Source: Yuukianura sp. NJ FZ-2021 (taxonomy: Eukaryota). Taken from it: a stretch of 64,000 bases of DNA. The notes beneath the pieces were generated by a model that saw nothing but the letters and a program-made list of their open reading frames with translations, was not told the DNA's origin and searched no databases. The stretch covers positions 3,472,001 to 3,536,000 of the forward strand of contig CM102284.1 of assembly GCA_046563655.1 (NCBI GenBank). Direction: 5' to 3'. Every line of letters starts with the position of its first letter. The first letter of the stretch is position 1. Below are positions 23,657 to 37,150 of this stretch, one piece after another. The translations under genes and the position numbers were made by a program.

Positions 23657-26600
23657 TGCAACTGGAAGGCCTCAACCTGAGCGCTACATTTTATTAAAAA
23701 ATTTAAACTTATGAATTTCGAAAAAAAATTCAAGACTTTTCATTTTCGGAATAAGAAAAAAAAACATAATAAACGCATCTGTATGAAGTAGTTGCCTTAG
23801 AAAATTGAATTTTGTATTTCTAAAACAAATCAAGAAATGAATTTCAGTTTTCATTATGCTCAATTTTTGTGTCGCTTTTTTTTGCAGAATGCAGATGAAA
23901 TCGGTTTTTAAAATGGAAAGTTTTATAAAAAGGTTTCAAAATTGAAAAAAAATCTTCGAATTTAAAATTCCTCGAAAAAAGGCGGGGCATATCCCACCCC
24001 GTCATCAGGTCAGAAGAGGGTGACTATAAAAGCCCCATGTGTCAACAGTCTTCTTGGATGACAGCTCTAAAGAAGGAGTTGACAGCGACAGCTTCAAGTG
24101 TCAAATGGGCCACGACTAAAATTCTGTTCAAATAGAAAAGCCATCATGCTGGATTGAAAATTGAAATTCATTTCCAATCTTTTTTGAAATTTAAAAAAGT
24201 TGTTTTAAAAAAGGAACTTGATCCGTGTGCCTCCAAGTGTGAAATTAAAACATGACACATTCTACCTAAATCAACATTTGATTTAGTCCTGCGTCCTTGT
24301 TCAAACAGAACCTCATCAAATCCCAATTCTGCTTCCATTCTGTTCCCGTCAACCCTATGTCACCCTAGGCACTTGGAAACAATCGGCATCATTTTCAATT
24401 CCCCTTCTTCCAATTTCAACAAATGCAATTTTAAAAAAGTGAAATTCAATAACATTCAAATTCAATGACATTGTTTAAAACAGGAAAGGTCTGTTGATTT
24501 TACAAAAGTTCAAAAGTCCAACACCACGTTGTTCAAATAGATACCGAGTGAATTTCAACTTAGCACAGTAGTGCCATTTTTTTACCCCCGTATTTCGTCA
24601 AAAAATTAATTTATCACTTTGTAACAAAAACACAAAACTATCCTCCACCAATATGAATCATACCGCAAAAGGTCTACTTTAGGGCCAAGAATGCACTATG
24701 AGCTAGGATTTGAAGACGGAGTCACCTCTGTTCAATTTTGAAGAGGTTTGAAATATTCGAAAAGAATTGCAGAGAAAGTGAGTTTGAAGTTGGAGGATGT
24801 ACCATATAAAGAAGTTCAAAGCTGGAACAAAATAATTCTTGGAAAATTTCAATGGACATGGCGTGTTGTTAACCTGATGCACGCAACAAAAAATTTTTTG
24901 TCGAAATTGAAAATTATGATTTTTGAAAGTGAAAGTTTGAAATTTTGATAAACAGCGTCCAGAAGACTGAAAGTCTAGAGGTTGAAAAATCAGCAAACTA
25001 AGAATCGCAATAGTAGCCCCACGGTACAGCCACTTTGCGGCTAGAATGGCTGGCTACGCTGTGCGGCTGCATACGTTGCCACTTTAGATTTGGGTTTTTT
25101 TGTTTGAGAGGCTACAAATGTCGCCACTTGCCACTAGGTGTAGCCACACGAGATGGGCGGAGGGCTAGACTGCTCTCCGTTTCCCAAATCCTTAAAAGCC
25201 CATTCAAAACTCATTTGTGTTCACTAATCGTTGAGATCCCTGGTTCTTAACTGTAATTTTAAACTTTTACTCTTTTTTGTCCATAAATCGTTGATTCGAA
25301 ATGAATGTCAAAAATTTTCAAGTTTGGTTGTGGTACTGTTCGTATAGAATGGAGCTTCTGGTATTACCCCCAACTACTGCGGTGAAGTTGCAAATGGAAA
25401 ATGGCGTATTGAGAGTGCAGTTCTGTACCAGAGCCAATGAAAAATTTTAATTCATGTATCATCAATAAAATTTAATTAATTCATTTAACTTCTGATAAAA
25501 GAAATTGCAGCTTCAGGTTAGATCAGAAGATTAAGTTTGTTTTTGATGAGGGGAAGGATTGTTGAGGGAGTTGGTTTTAGTGAGATGACCTTTGTTTTTC
25601 TTGTGTAGGTTCTAGGTTCTGTTAGGTTATTGGTTCCTGTGTTGTGGTAAACGTTGTGAAGCCAATTTGGAGGATGACCATTTCCCTTGTCCGATTACAA
25701 TCACAATTTCCGCCAAAAGTGGCCAAGACCCCGGCATGAGGCAAGAAGTAATTCCCAAGGCAGCTGTTGAAAAGCAGTCGTCCTAAGTCGAACAAACGAC
25801 CTGTTTCAGAGGTTAGCAAGCTGCAGAAGCCCATTGGTTAGAGGTGTTAGGCTTCGCAGAGTGCACATTATGTCCAGCTCTGCCTGCTACTCAACTTTCT
25901 ACTTTCACCAGCACGACGGTTGGGTTATGCCTCTGGTGCATCAGGAGATAAGGGGATCCTCAGAGGTTACTTTGGGAGGGAACATAATTGACTTTCACTC
26001 TGGTCAGAGAAAGTCCTCTGATCCCCACAAAACCGTAGGAGCAAAGGCCAAACCGAGAAACCAAACCCCAGAAACCCTGTGGCGAATGGCTTCAAATTAC
26101 AAATCTAAAGTGCACAAGAAAGCCAATGGGAGTCATAAATGACAGTAGTTACAAAATGAAAAAAATAACACTACTTTCACTCCTTCTCAAAACTTGGTGA
26201 AAATTACAAAATGAACTTTCACTGGTTCTCGAATTATCGCACTTAGAAAGTTCTAAAAAAAACTGTTCTAAGAAAGTTACTGTAAAATTAAATTTCTCAA
26301 TTACTAGTAATCTGAAATTTGGAAAGTTGCAGGAAATTGCAGGCCGAAAAGAAATTGAATCATAAATGAATTTTGTTTTCTCTTTCATTTGTTTCTGGTT
26401 TTCGAAAAGAGCTGCTCCGCCTTGTGTTTTCTTTTCTCTTTCTCTTTTTTAAAGTATTTTTCAGGATCTTTAAAATTGGGTTTCACTTTAAAAAGTGTTG
26501 GATAGGCACTGAAGTGTGAGCTTGTCACCGGATTTCCACCCAGTTAGTGGACTGGCCACTGCGTTGACAACTTTGGGTCAGTTTGAAAGAATGGGTGGAG

Positions 26601-29600
26601 AAGGGAGAGGTCATGACAGAACTTCCTTCTTTTGAGCACTGTCGTCCTTAAAGCACTTGGCTTGGATTTCTCCACTTTCTTCCTCTCTCTGACGACAGAG
26701 AGAGATTTATGCTCCGAGAAGAAATATGCTTCAGCAACATCAGCACAACTTCCCTCCCCTGTCTGTCCCAACGGCGGTGAGGCCAGGCCAGTGCCAAAGG
26801 CCCACAAGATTTATGGGACAGAAGTGCCGTGACCATCCGGTACTTCTGTCCGTCCCTCTTGCGCTTTCTGAATCCCTGTTCCAAAACAGTGCCGCTGCCA
26901 GCGTTCTTTATGGCTACATTTTCAGTCGATCGCTTCCAAACCATCGAGCTCAGTTCCACCTCCAGCCAAAAACTACACTTCCCACCAAGGTCACTTCCAG
27001 AAGAGCTTGTAGGATCTGATCCACCTCCTCTGCCAATTTGTTCCTGCTACAAAAGCTTTTGTACTAAAACAACCCGCCTACGTGTAACTTTGTTACGGTT
27101 TTTAACATTAGTAAGTAACGTATGCTGTTAAAAATAAACCGGGTGTAGTCAACTAGCGAGAGACACGTTGACATTTGACATTAGTAGAGTTGTAATGCAG
27201 AAGACAAGGTTGATGCATAAAGTCGTTTACGTAATCAAGACAACCCAAAATTGAAATCAAGGTTTTGGTTAAAAATTGTGAAAAACTGCATGGCTTATGT
27301 ATAAGTTAATGATGTATAACTGTATAAGTCAAATTGTTAGTGTTGGTAAAGCTCAGTAAAAACTCAAACTAGTGGTGTGTCTGTCTATGAAAGGACTTAA
27401 ATTACAGTGACATGTTTCTGAGGTTATCAAACGACGAGTTGGTTTCAGAACCTCCCAAGTTGGTTTTAAATCAAGAATTGGATGTCGTAAGTCCCAAAGT
27501 TGTTCTGGACAGGAACTGAGAAATGGCGTCCAGAGAGTTAAGGTCTTCCAGGAAGTGGCTAGGTTCGGTTTACTCCTTTAAAAAAGAGAAAAGAGAAAAG
27601 CCATTTGATTTTATTGTGTCGTGAAGGAAGTGAAAGCGTAGGGCGTGAGCTGGGACTTGACAAAGTTGGATTGGAGATTGGAATTGAAGATTGGGTCCTG
27701 GAGAGGGTTGAGGTAAATGAGAGTGACACTGTGACAGTTGAGCGATCAGAGAGACAGTGTGGCTGGATGGACAGTCTGGAAGGGCTGGAAGGAACTGAAA
27801 TTTCCCCAAGGACTTCTTGGTCGGACTGAAAGTGGACAGGAACATGACGTGACACTCAACGACCGATGAGGTCAAGAGGGAAGGAGGTGAATAAGTGCAA
27901 GTAATACTTCTTCTTCTGCCCACAACTTTTTTCCAGGCTTTTCTACTGTAGGAACTCGTCGATTCCAATTCGCTGGACGCTGATTCCAACATTCCAAGTC
28001 TCGAACTGGCAGACATTTTACATTGCTGCTCCTGCTCCTTCTGGAACTGGAGCTGGAACGACGAGATTGGGAAGTTGATGGGATCTGAAAGTCTTCTTTC
28101 GAGCTGTCAGCTCATCTTAGGACAGACACCACTGTCGCAGTGTCTCAACGGTCCTTATCAATCACGGTGCGGACAAATCCCCTGTCAGACGCCCTTTGAC
28201 ACACGCCGATGACCGCAAACGGTCTCCCCCAATGGCCGAATCCCATCATCTCCCTACTCACTCAATCGCCAATTTCACTTTCATCTTCATCAACTTTCCC
28301 CTAACTATGCGATGCTAACCTAAACATTCATTTTATGTTAGCCCTAACCTAACTTTGGTGAAATATGCAAGCCATTGGTTGTATTAAACTTGTGTTTTCG
28401 CGTAGAGTGACGACAGATTTGTAATAGTTAGGTTAACTTGCTAATTTGATGCAGTGGTGTGTGGCGCAAGCGTCGTGGCGTAATGTTGTGTTTTGTACGA
28501 CGTGATTTTAGGTTTAGGTTATGTTAGGTCGTTAGGCGGATTAACTGGATCAAATTTTGAATAAATCTTGTGTAGTGCTCTTGTGAACAATGGCGTAGGA
28601 ACATGTCCCTGTCCTTTGTGAACTGGTGGAGAAAGGAAGCGTGTGAAATGCACACCCATTGTCACGTCTTCGTGAATAAACTAACCAGAGCAAACGGAGT
28701 ACTCACAAAGTGCATCACTAAAACGTCCAAATGGAAAGCCCTTTGAGTCACAAGGGCCCTTCAGACTCACCGGGATTAGCTCAGATCCCTTATCAAGTCC
28801 CCGTCTCTTCAATGGAACTGGAGAGATTTCAATCAAATTCAAAGTACCCACCACCCTTCCCAGATTTCAATCAAAAACTACTCCTCAAGTACCACTCTTC
28901 ATTTTTGTAGAGTTGCAACAAAGGGAAGGGGAGGGTACTTGTAACCATTAACCAGCAGTTCAAACTAGATTGACAATTTGAAATAATTTGTACTTTGGGG
29001 AATTAGCGATTAACCCAACCTAATTCTAGTCCATTTTATCACGACGGACGGACAGACAGACAAGCATAAATCAGCTTTGATTTTTGCATTTTACAAACAA
29101 CTTTGCAAACAACTTTTTGCGTTTTAGCACAGCTTGAACAGATTAAGAAATTGGGCCACCTTAGACGCCATTCCCAAAATCTTGGTTCGACGAAATAGGA
29201 TTTTTAGAAAACTTGGAGTTTACTTGGAGTTGGGGAGAAGAATAAGCCGCCACTGTTTGAATTTTGAAAATTCAAAATGGCTGGTGATGTTGTTGTGGTT
29301 TAGCAGAGCAGAAGATGAGATTGCCTTTGTAGATAATTACCACCACAAAGCATGGATTATTGTCACTCAACTGGAACCATCTGTCGAGGCCAGGGGGACT
29401 TCTTCCCTGCAGCGCTTTCTGGAATGAGTGTCAAGGGACCTGAATGGATTTCTAAAGCCGTCCATTCCCCTGGTGGGGCTGGAAGATGGACTCAGAGTAG
29501 AGATGACACTTTGCGACAATAGATGTTGAGCATTGACGATGGAACCCCATGTGGAATCTTTAAATCTCCATGGAGCCACTTTAGTCTTAAGGGGACAAAG

Positions 29601-30329
29601 GAGTCCTAAAAGGGAACGTAGTCAACCGTGTCCCATGATGCTCTCTATGAAATTTGACACTTTGCCGCACAAATACCCGCTTTTCAAAACTTGGACCAAA
29701 AAAATTTAAATCAGTTTGAGCTCTGTGTTTCTTCGCTGGAACAAAATGTATCTTGTAAAACCTTCATTTTCTTATGATCTCAAACTTTTTCCGTTTTTTC
29801 CTTGTCCTAAAAAAATTGTTGTCTTCGGAAGAATTTTTGCTTCTAAATTGGTAATTTGTCGAAGAAATTGAAAGAAGTCATTGGAGAAAATAGCTGCTAA
29901 TTTGGTGGTTGTGATTCGTGGTGGGGCTGGTGGGGCTTAATAGAGCCTTCAGTTGGAGTAAATGTCAAGTTGACCTGATGGTGGGTGACGGGTGTTTCTG
30001 GATCCGTAAAGCGTTCCGCCCCGTCAGATCCGATTTTGCTGTCTCTCCATCAGGATGAGCCTAATTAGCCTAACTCGCCTCTACGCCTGTCATCATCCAT
30101 TACGCCTTCTCTACTTCCAGCCCACTCGCCCCACCACAACAGCCACCGAATAACTTCTAGCCGCAATAAAGTGTCGACGGACCCACCACCATCGACGCCA
30201 AATCCATCTTCCTATATAGTTTCATACAGCATTTATTTAAACATACACAAACTACTCTGCCTGCCTCACGAACCGTTGCTATTGACCTGTCGCCATTTTT
30301 TTTATAGGGCGGAAAACTTTTCCAAAATT

Positions 30330-32394
30330 TTAATTTTCTAGGATTTTGACCTTGAGAGAATATGGTGGTGGGTTGAGCGTAATTGACGGCTTGATTGGTA
30401 CAAATGACGGTTCTTTACCGTCGATTTTGACGGTTTCAAATTCAAAATGTCTTAGAATACCCGCTGTCACCATAAACATTGTCGTCATGGCCAAATCTTC
30501 TCCTGGACATATTCTTGCTCCTACACAGTTGAAAGAAGTGACAAGGCTTAACTGATATGATAAATATTTTATAAATTACGTTACATTTAACGCCTGATTT
30601 CCACTTACCCACTCCAAATTGCACGACACGTTCCACCTTTGATGGATCTAGAGATCCATCGGGCATGAGCATGCGCTCCGGTCGAAACACTTCAGGGTCA
30701 CCCCAATACTTCTCATCGTGGAATATGGAGTAGTAGTTTGGAAATAAGCAACTACCCTTGGGTATTATGTAGTCACCATAGTGGATGTCCTCCTTCGCCA
30801 GGCGTGGTAGAGATGACGGTGCAAACGGCGCATGTCGCATTGTTTCCAAAATTGCTGCGTGTATGTAAGGCATGCTGAGTAGACAGAGAGCCAGGCAGAC
30901 AAAGGGAAAGCGTCACTTATATAATGTAGCTACAAAGGTAGCAATTTAAAAAAAGAACTTTCTGTGTAACCTGGACAAAGCAGTTGCTGGAATTGGACAG
31001 TCAGTGCTCCCAGTGTACTTTGTGATTTCTTCGCGTGCTCTGTTTTGAATTTCTGGAAAAACTGCCAAGTACAGTAGAAGCCAGTTGAGAACAACACTTG
31101 AAGTGTCGGCTCCACCGGCGAAGATATCCATCAAAATTAGAACCAATTGCTCTTCTAAAAATGTTTTCCAAAATTTTAAAACATTTTTTTTTTAATAAAA
31201 TTAAAATGAATGATTGCCTAGCCGTACCACTTAAGGTTGAATTTGGTTTCTCGATTTCATCAAGATAGGCTTCAATAAACGTTTCGGCTTCTTTCCGATC
31301 TCCACGTCTTTTCCTGGCTTCTTCAATTAGTGCCTGCAGATTGCATTCTTTTTAAAAAGAAGAATAGGAATTGACAAAGTATTTGAGTTCTTACAAAAGT
31401 AAATTCACGACATTTGCGCTGATTATCGCAAACCTCAGCGTACCCACTCCATTTTGGGAACACCGTGAGAAATGGGAATGCACTTGAAAGGTTTTTGGGG
31501 CCCATGGCCTCGAAAAACTCATAGTGCAAGTCTAGATGGCGCTTAATCCGATCGGAGTTAGGATCAAAGCGGACGCCACCGACAGAAGCCCATATGATGT
31601 TGATTTGACATGCGCCCAAACGGTTCAAACTAACTGCCCAAGTTCCGTTGGACTGTTCGACCTCCTTCCGAATATCTCTGACAAGGTCAGTGACCTCAGC
31701 TTGAAAAGTGTTGTCCATACTTTGCTTTTTGCCGAAACCTAGTTGGCGCAGGAGTTTAAAAGTGAACTTTCGTTGCTTCCTCCATTCCTCGCCACGGGCC
31801 CATATTATACCTTTAAACAAAGTTACATTTGCAGCAGTTATTGGCAAGCAGACGAGTCAATTACTCAATCGGTGAGTCAATTTACCAACGTTTTTGTAAT
31901 TCGCTCTGTCATCACTGAATTCGAAAGTATACCGCTCGAGATTCGTTTCGGTTCGGCGGAAGATGTCTCGAAGGGCTTCGAAGCTCGAAATAAGGACTGT
32001 TTATGGGAACAACAGACGTTTTAATGAGTTTTACAATTTCGAAATTTGTCTTAAAACTGTTTCGAAAAAATTTACCAGCGTAGTGGACACCGTAGCCGAA
32101 TGACACGACGTCGCCGTATTTTTTCGCTAAACCATGGAACTGCAGATGAGGGAACGAATCGATCATCATCAGTTGCGGAATGCTTCCGAGTAACGGGAAT
32201 CGAATTGGTCCTGGAATTATCAAACATGGATATAAGTTTACAAGCTAGTATTGCTATTAAATTTTTAAACATATTTTAATTTAACTCTTCATTAATGATT
32301 TTACAGTTTTACCAGTGGGTAAACGTGATTTTTCATATTTCCACATCCAATAGGCAACCAAAGTAATGACAACGAGCAGTATTACTTGAATCAT
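30330..32394 (-). CDS. Cytochrome P450, CYP2-clan-like, copy A; apparently intact, multi-exon
   Basis: N-terminal anchor MIQVILLVVITLVAYWMW, GPIRFPLLGS hinge, WRKQRKF C-helix, AGGADTS I-helix, ETMR K-helix, FRPERM meander and heme motif FGVGARICPGE (split by an intron). Splice phases are consistent. Confidence 0.95.
31684..31696. promoter_or_regulatory. Perfect IR1 palindrome AGGTCA-G-TGACCT (EcR/USP-type element) inside a P450 A coding exon
   Basis: Read directly from sequence; function not demonstrated. Confidence 0.4.
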
Positions 32395-33292
32395 GGCGTC
32401 GTATTGCTTCAGTTCCAGTTAATTCGGCAGTGATAGAAAACTAATTAATTTATTACTCCCAGCGAGATATTCACTTGCTCTTAAAATTTTAGAGCACTTT
32501 TATGGAAATGAATTCTAATAATAGTATGGATGCTTGAAAATTTTCTACTTCAAGAAAGTTTTTGTGCAAATGTAGCATGATTGATAAAATAGTATGATTG
32601 ATAGTGGAAATGATGCAGTTTGCGTTGAAGGTTGTTGTGATTGCGAAATGGCCACTTCATCATCATGATCTTTGTACCGGGAAACAAACGAATAGTAAAC
32701 CAAGCCTTTAGTTTTATAGAAACTTTACACAGTCCTCAGTTCGAAACTGCGTCGGGCCACAACTCTTTTTTAGTGTTTTATATACAACACGCCAGTGTAG
32801 AGTAATGCTAGTTAGATGAATCTTTGCTACGTTCATCGTTGAGGAATTAGTCTAAATCACTTTAATAGTAGTTATTGGCATGGCTTGGTTTGTAGCGGTA
32901 ACTGAAGTAGCTTTTTTTTTTACAAAAATTAATTCTAGGTCATTTGAATTTGTTTAGTTTGAATCTTGGCGTTGGGTATCATTTTCGCTTTTGGGCTTAA
33001 TTTTGTTTGGGATCAATTTGAGTAGTCTCCTGACTCATTGACTCAAGTGAGATCGACATCATTATAATTCTTACGATCTCCGACTTTTTCGGAATTTTCG
33101 TTGCCTTTAAAAATTTTTTGTCTTTTTAGGAATTTTTTTTTCTAAATTTGGTTTGGTAACTTGTTGAAGAAATTGGAAGGAATCATGTGAGAAAATAGCT
33201 GCTAATTTGGTGGTTGTGATTCGTAGTGGGACTTAATATATGCCTTAACTGTAAGCGGCATACACGGCATTGCAAACGGCACACAACATATT

Positions 33293-35376
33293 TTATTTTT
33301 CTAGAATTTTAATTTTCAGGGAATATAGTGCTGGGTTGAGCGTAATTGACGGTTTGATCGGAAGTAACGACGGTTCTTTGCCGTCAACTTTGACGGTTTC
33401 AAATTCAAACTGTCTAAGAATACCCGCTGTCATCATAAACATTGTCGTCATGGCCAAATCTTCTCCTGGACATATTCTTGCTCCTATACAATTAAAAGAA
33501 TTGTCAAGATACGTTAAATACTTTATAAACTTTAGTTTATATTTAAAGCCCGATTTCCACTTACCCACTCCAAATTGCACGACACGTTCCGCCTTGGATG
33601 GATCCAGAGATCCGTCGGGCATAAGCATGCGCTCCGGCCGAAACACTTCAGGGTCACCCCAGTACTTTTCATCATGGAATATAGAGTAGTAGTTTGGAAA
33701 TAAGGCACTTCCCTTGGGTATTATGTAGTCGCCATAGTGGATGTCCTCTTTTGCCAGACGTGGTAGAGATGATGGTAGAAACGGCGCATGTCTCATTGTT
33801 TCCAAAATGGATGCATGTATGTAAGGCATGCTGAGCAGACAAGCAGAAAGAAAGTGGCATTTGCATAGAGTAGCTACAAAACTTAAAAGAAAGAAAGATT
33901 TAAAAGAAAGTTTTTGTGTAACCTGGCCAAAGCAGTTGCTGGAATTTGACAATCGGTACCCCCAGTGTACTTTCTGATTTCTGCGCGTGCTCTGTTTTGA
34001 ATTTCTGGAAAAACTGCCAAGTACAGTAGAAGCCAGTTGATAATAACACTTGAAGTGTCGGCTCCACCGACGAAGATATCCATTAAAATTAGAACCAATT
34101 GCTCTTCTACAAAGATTTTCAAAATTTTAAAACACTTTTTTAAGAAAATTGGACTGAATTCATCACCCAGACGTACCACTTAAGCTTGAATTTGGATCCG
34201 ATTTTTGTTTCTCGATTTCATCAAGATACGCTTCAATAAACGTTTCAGCTTCTTTCCGATCTCCGCGTCTTTTCTTGGCTTCTTCAATTAGTCCCTGTGG
34301 ATTCGAATTTTTTTAAAAAGAAAATTCGGAATTGCCAAAGTATTCGAGTCCTTACATAAGTAAATTCGCGACACTTTCGCTGATTCTCGCAAACCTCCGC
34401 GTACCCACTCCATTTTGGAAACACCGCGAGAAATGGGAATGCACTTGAAAGGTTTTTGGGACCCATGGCCTCGAAGAACTCATAGTGCAACTCTAGATGG
34501 CGTTTAATCCGATCGGAGTTCGGATCAAATCGTTCGCCACCGACAGACGCCCAAATGATGTTGATTTGACATGCACCCAAACGGTTCAAACTAACTGCCC
34601 AAGTTCCGTTCGACTGCTCGACCTCAGTACGAATGTCTCTGACAAGGTCAGTGACCTCAGCTTGAACAGTGTTGTCCATACTTTGCTTTTTGCCGAAACC
34701 TAGTTGGCGCAAGAGTTTAAAAGTGAACTTGCGTTGCTTCTTCCACTCCTCTCCACGGGCCCATATTATACCTGGGAACAAAGTTAAATACGCAGTGGTT
34801 ATTGGCTAGTAGACATGTCAATTACTCAATTAATTGGTGAGCTAATTTACCAATGTTTTTGTAATTCGCTCTGTCCTCACTGAATTCGAAAGTATACCGC
34901 TCGAGATTCGTTTCGGTTCGGCGGAAGATGTCTCGGTAGGCTTCAAAGCTCGAAATAAGGACTATTTATAGGAACAATAGTTGTTTTAATGTGTTCTACA
35001 ATTTCGAAATTTAGCTTGAAACTTTTTCGAAAAATTTTACCAGCGTAGTGGACACCGTAGCCGAATGACACGACGTCGCCGTATTTTTTCGCTATGCCGT
35101 GAAACTGCAAATGTGGAAACGAGTCGATCATCATCAGTTGCGGAATACTTCCGAGTATCGGGAATCGAATTGGCCCTGGAATCATCAAATTTGCAATGCA
35201 ATGTGTCACACATAATTTTATTACCATTGCTGCTGTAACTTTTTATACACTTTTTAACTCTTTTAACTTTTGATTAATGATTTAACGGTTTTACCAGGGG
35301 GTAAACGTGATTTTTCATATTTCCACACCCAATAGGCAACCAAACTAATGACAACGAGCAGTATTGCTTGAATCAT
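33293..35376 (-). CDS. Cytochrome P450, CYP2-clan-like, copy B; apparently intact, multi-exon
   Basis: Same exon structure as copy A: MIQAILLVVISLVAYWVW, PPGP, WKKQRKF, VGGADTS, ETMR, FRPERM, FGVGARICPGE. Confidence 0.95.
34645..34657. promoter_or_regulatory. Perfect IR1 palindrome AGGTCA-G-TGACCT inside a P450 B coding exon
   Basis: Identical to the copy-A site; function not demonstrated. Confidence 0.4.
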
Positions 35377-37029
35377 GGCGTCGTATTCAGTTCCGATTAA
35401 TTGCGCAGTGATACAAAACTTAATTAATTAATTATTCCCAGGAGAGAGCAATTCACTTGTATTTAAAATTCCAGAACTCTTTCTATGGAAATGAATTCTA
35501 AAAATAATAAAGATGCCTGACCATTTTCAACTTCAAGTTTTTGTGCAAATGTTGCTACTAGCATGATAATGATGTAGTTTGCCTTGAAAGTTGTTGCGAA
35601 ACCCCTGGATCCAGTTGATCATGATCTTTGTCCTGGACATAAACGAATAAATCAAGCCCTATAGAAGTTGTTGACACGCACTTGATTTGAAGTGGTGAAG
35701 CATAATGTGAACGACAGAAAAGTCTTTTGCAAGTGCTTTGTTTTTGTTTTATAAAAGTGGTCTGTGTGTCGTTGTCTGTCCTAATGCTGGGCTGTTCAAT
35801 GAAATGAGATGTCTTTCATATTATGAAATATCAAGGGAAAGTATTTCACCAATTTCTGATTTTCACTGGTCAACCTAGTCTAGATAATTTGCAATTTTGT
35901 TCAGGTAAGAGAAAATGTGTAGTATAAAAATTTTGAAGAAAAAACTGAAATTTGAAACCCAAAAGCTGTGAAATGCAGATACTCTCCAGGATTTTGGAGA
36001 GGCGGCGCCAGCGAAATGGATCCGATTAACTAATGGATTAATAAGGTCATGTTTACAGTATTTACAGGTTAGGTGAATGACCTACTAAGAGTGTGTTTGG
36101 TATGATGACTGAGGTAGACCAGGACGTCGTAATTGAGAGGACATCATCGTGACTTGGCATGGAAGGGAGGTCAATTTGGAGTGACAGGAGGTAGACTTAT
36201 CCCAACTGGCTTCGTGGAAAGTGGTGCTAGATGGAAAGGAAATTATTTCCGTGGCAGTTTCTGATGGAAAAGGCTAATAAATTGAAAACTGATGCTTGGA
36301 GCCGTCAAGAAAGAGTTAATGGATGAGTTAAGTGTGAGTGTGGACGTGGAGAGACGTTGACGGTGATTGATGGTGTGGACCAAGGGGCATGACTTTCACT
36401 ACCCGCCCCTTCCGAACTAACCTAACTTCAAGCAAAGGAAAACAAGCCATTAGAAACAGAGAGGCTGGAAGGATCTGTCCAGGAGACTTCAGTTCTCCAG
36501 CAGGATCCGAACCCAACCGCCGGAAAGATGTGAGTGTGATGGACAGCGTTTTTTGGAGGGAACGTCTGTGAACGTTCAGCTTCAAGCATTATTGATGACT
36601 GGTCTCAAATGGACGAATTCATATCTGTCAGGCCCCCCTCCGCCCACCTCCAGATTCCGTCATATTTTATTCTCAACCTGTCACTTCCTCTCCCATTCAA
36701 TTTGGATCATTTCTTCGTTTCTACCGCTAACAACATTTCACAAAATATTCTTGACAGACCTAACAAGCTGTCTCTGACACAATTTTCGCAGTCACAATGA
36801 TTGCGTAAGATGGCGGAGGTGCACTTGTCTGTTTTCATCGCAACAACTGATGCAAATTTGCAAACGAAAATTTGTCTGCAACTTTCACTCAAAGTTTATC
36901 GCCCGACATCAACTCATTTTCATGTGCTAATTCAAGGTAAATAGAATACTTCTATTAAATAAGTTAATTATATAATAAATAAGTGCTAATTTCTAGTTCT
37001 AATGTTTCTAAATAAGACATTTCATACGA

Positions 37030-37150
37030 CTTTGTCCGTCTGTCTGTCCGCATTTTAAATTTTTTTGGACGTGAAATTTCCAAGTCTTCTCATGCTTTCG
37101 AAATGCTGAAGAAGAAGACTATTGATGCGTCTTTGTCCGTCTGTTTGTCA
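37030..37150. repeat. Short (GTCY)n tracts, possibly remnants of a non-autonomous Helitron/Helentron-like element
   Basis: CTTTGTCCGTCTGTCTGTCCG at about 37030, CTTTGTCCGTCTGTTTGTC at 37131, and the reverse-orientation GACGGACGGACAGACAGAC at about 29044. Confidence 0.35.

Larger units (their letters stand above)
29817..35660. repeat. Tandem segmental duplication (units about 29817-32720 and 33128-35660) containing the two P450 genes
   Basis: Exons, introns and both flanks align by eye, e.g. GAGAAAATAGCTGCTAATTTGGTGGTTGTGATTCGT at about 29884 and 33189, and ATGGAAATGAATTCTAA at about 32502 and 35485. Confidence 0.9.

Noticed and set aside
23980-24012. Minus-strand CTGATGA followed by a CGGGG/CCCCG stem, suggestive of a hammerhead ribozyme
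   Set aside because: The required GAAA after stem II is absent, and stems I and III could not be built.
26544-28016. Overlapping 70-150 aa ORFs on both strands
   Set aside because: No recognisable motifs or consistent splice chain; explained by locally higher GC or decayed repeats.
28316-28535. TTAGG/CCTAA-like units (also near 53216 and 61981) as interstitial telomeric repeats
   Set aside because: Only two to four degenerate units each, not a true array; such motifs are common in arthropod repeat debris.
31536-34703. Paired + strand ORFs 31536-31742 and 34497-34703 and other antisense ORFs over genes
   Set aside because: Shadow frames of the real P450, desaturase and transporter exons.
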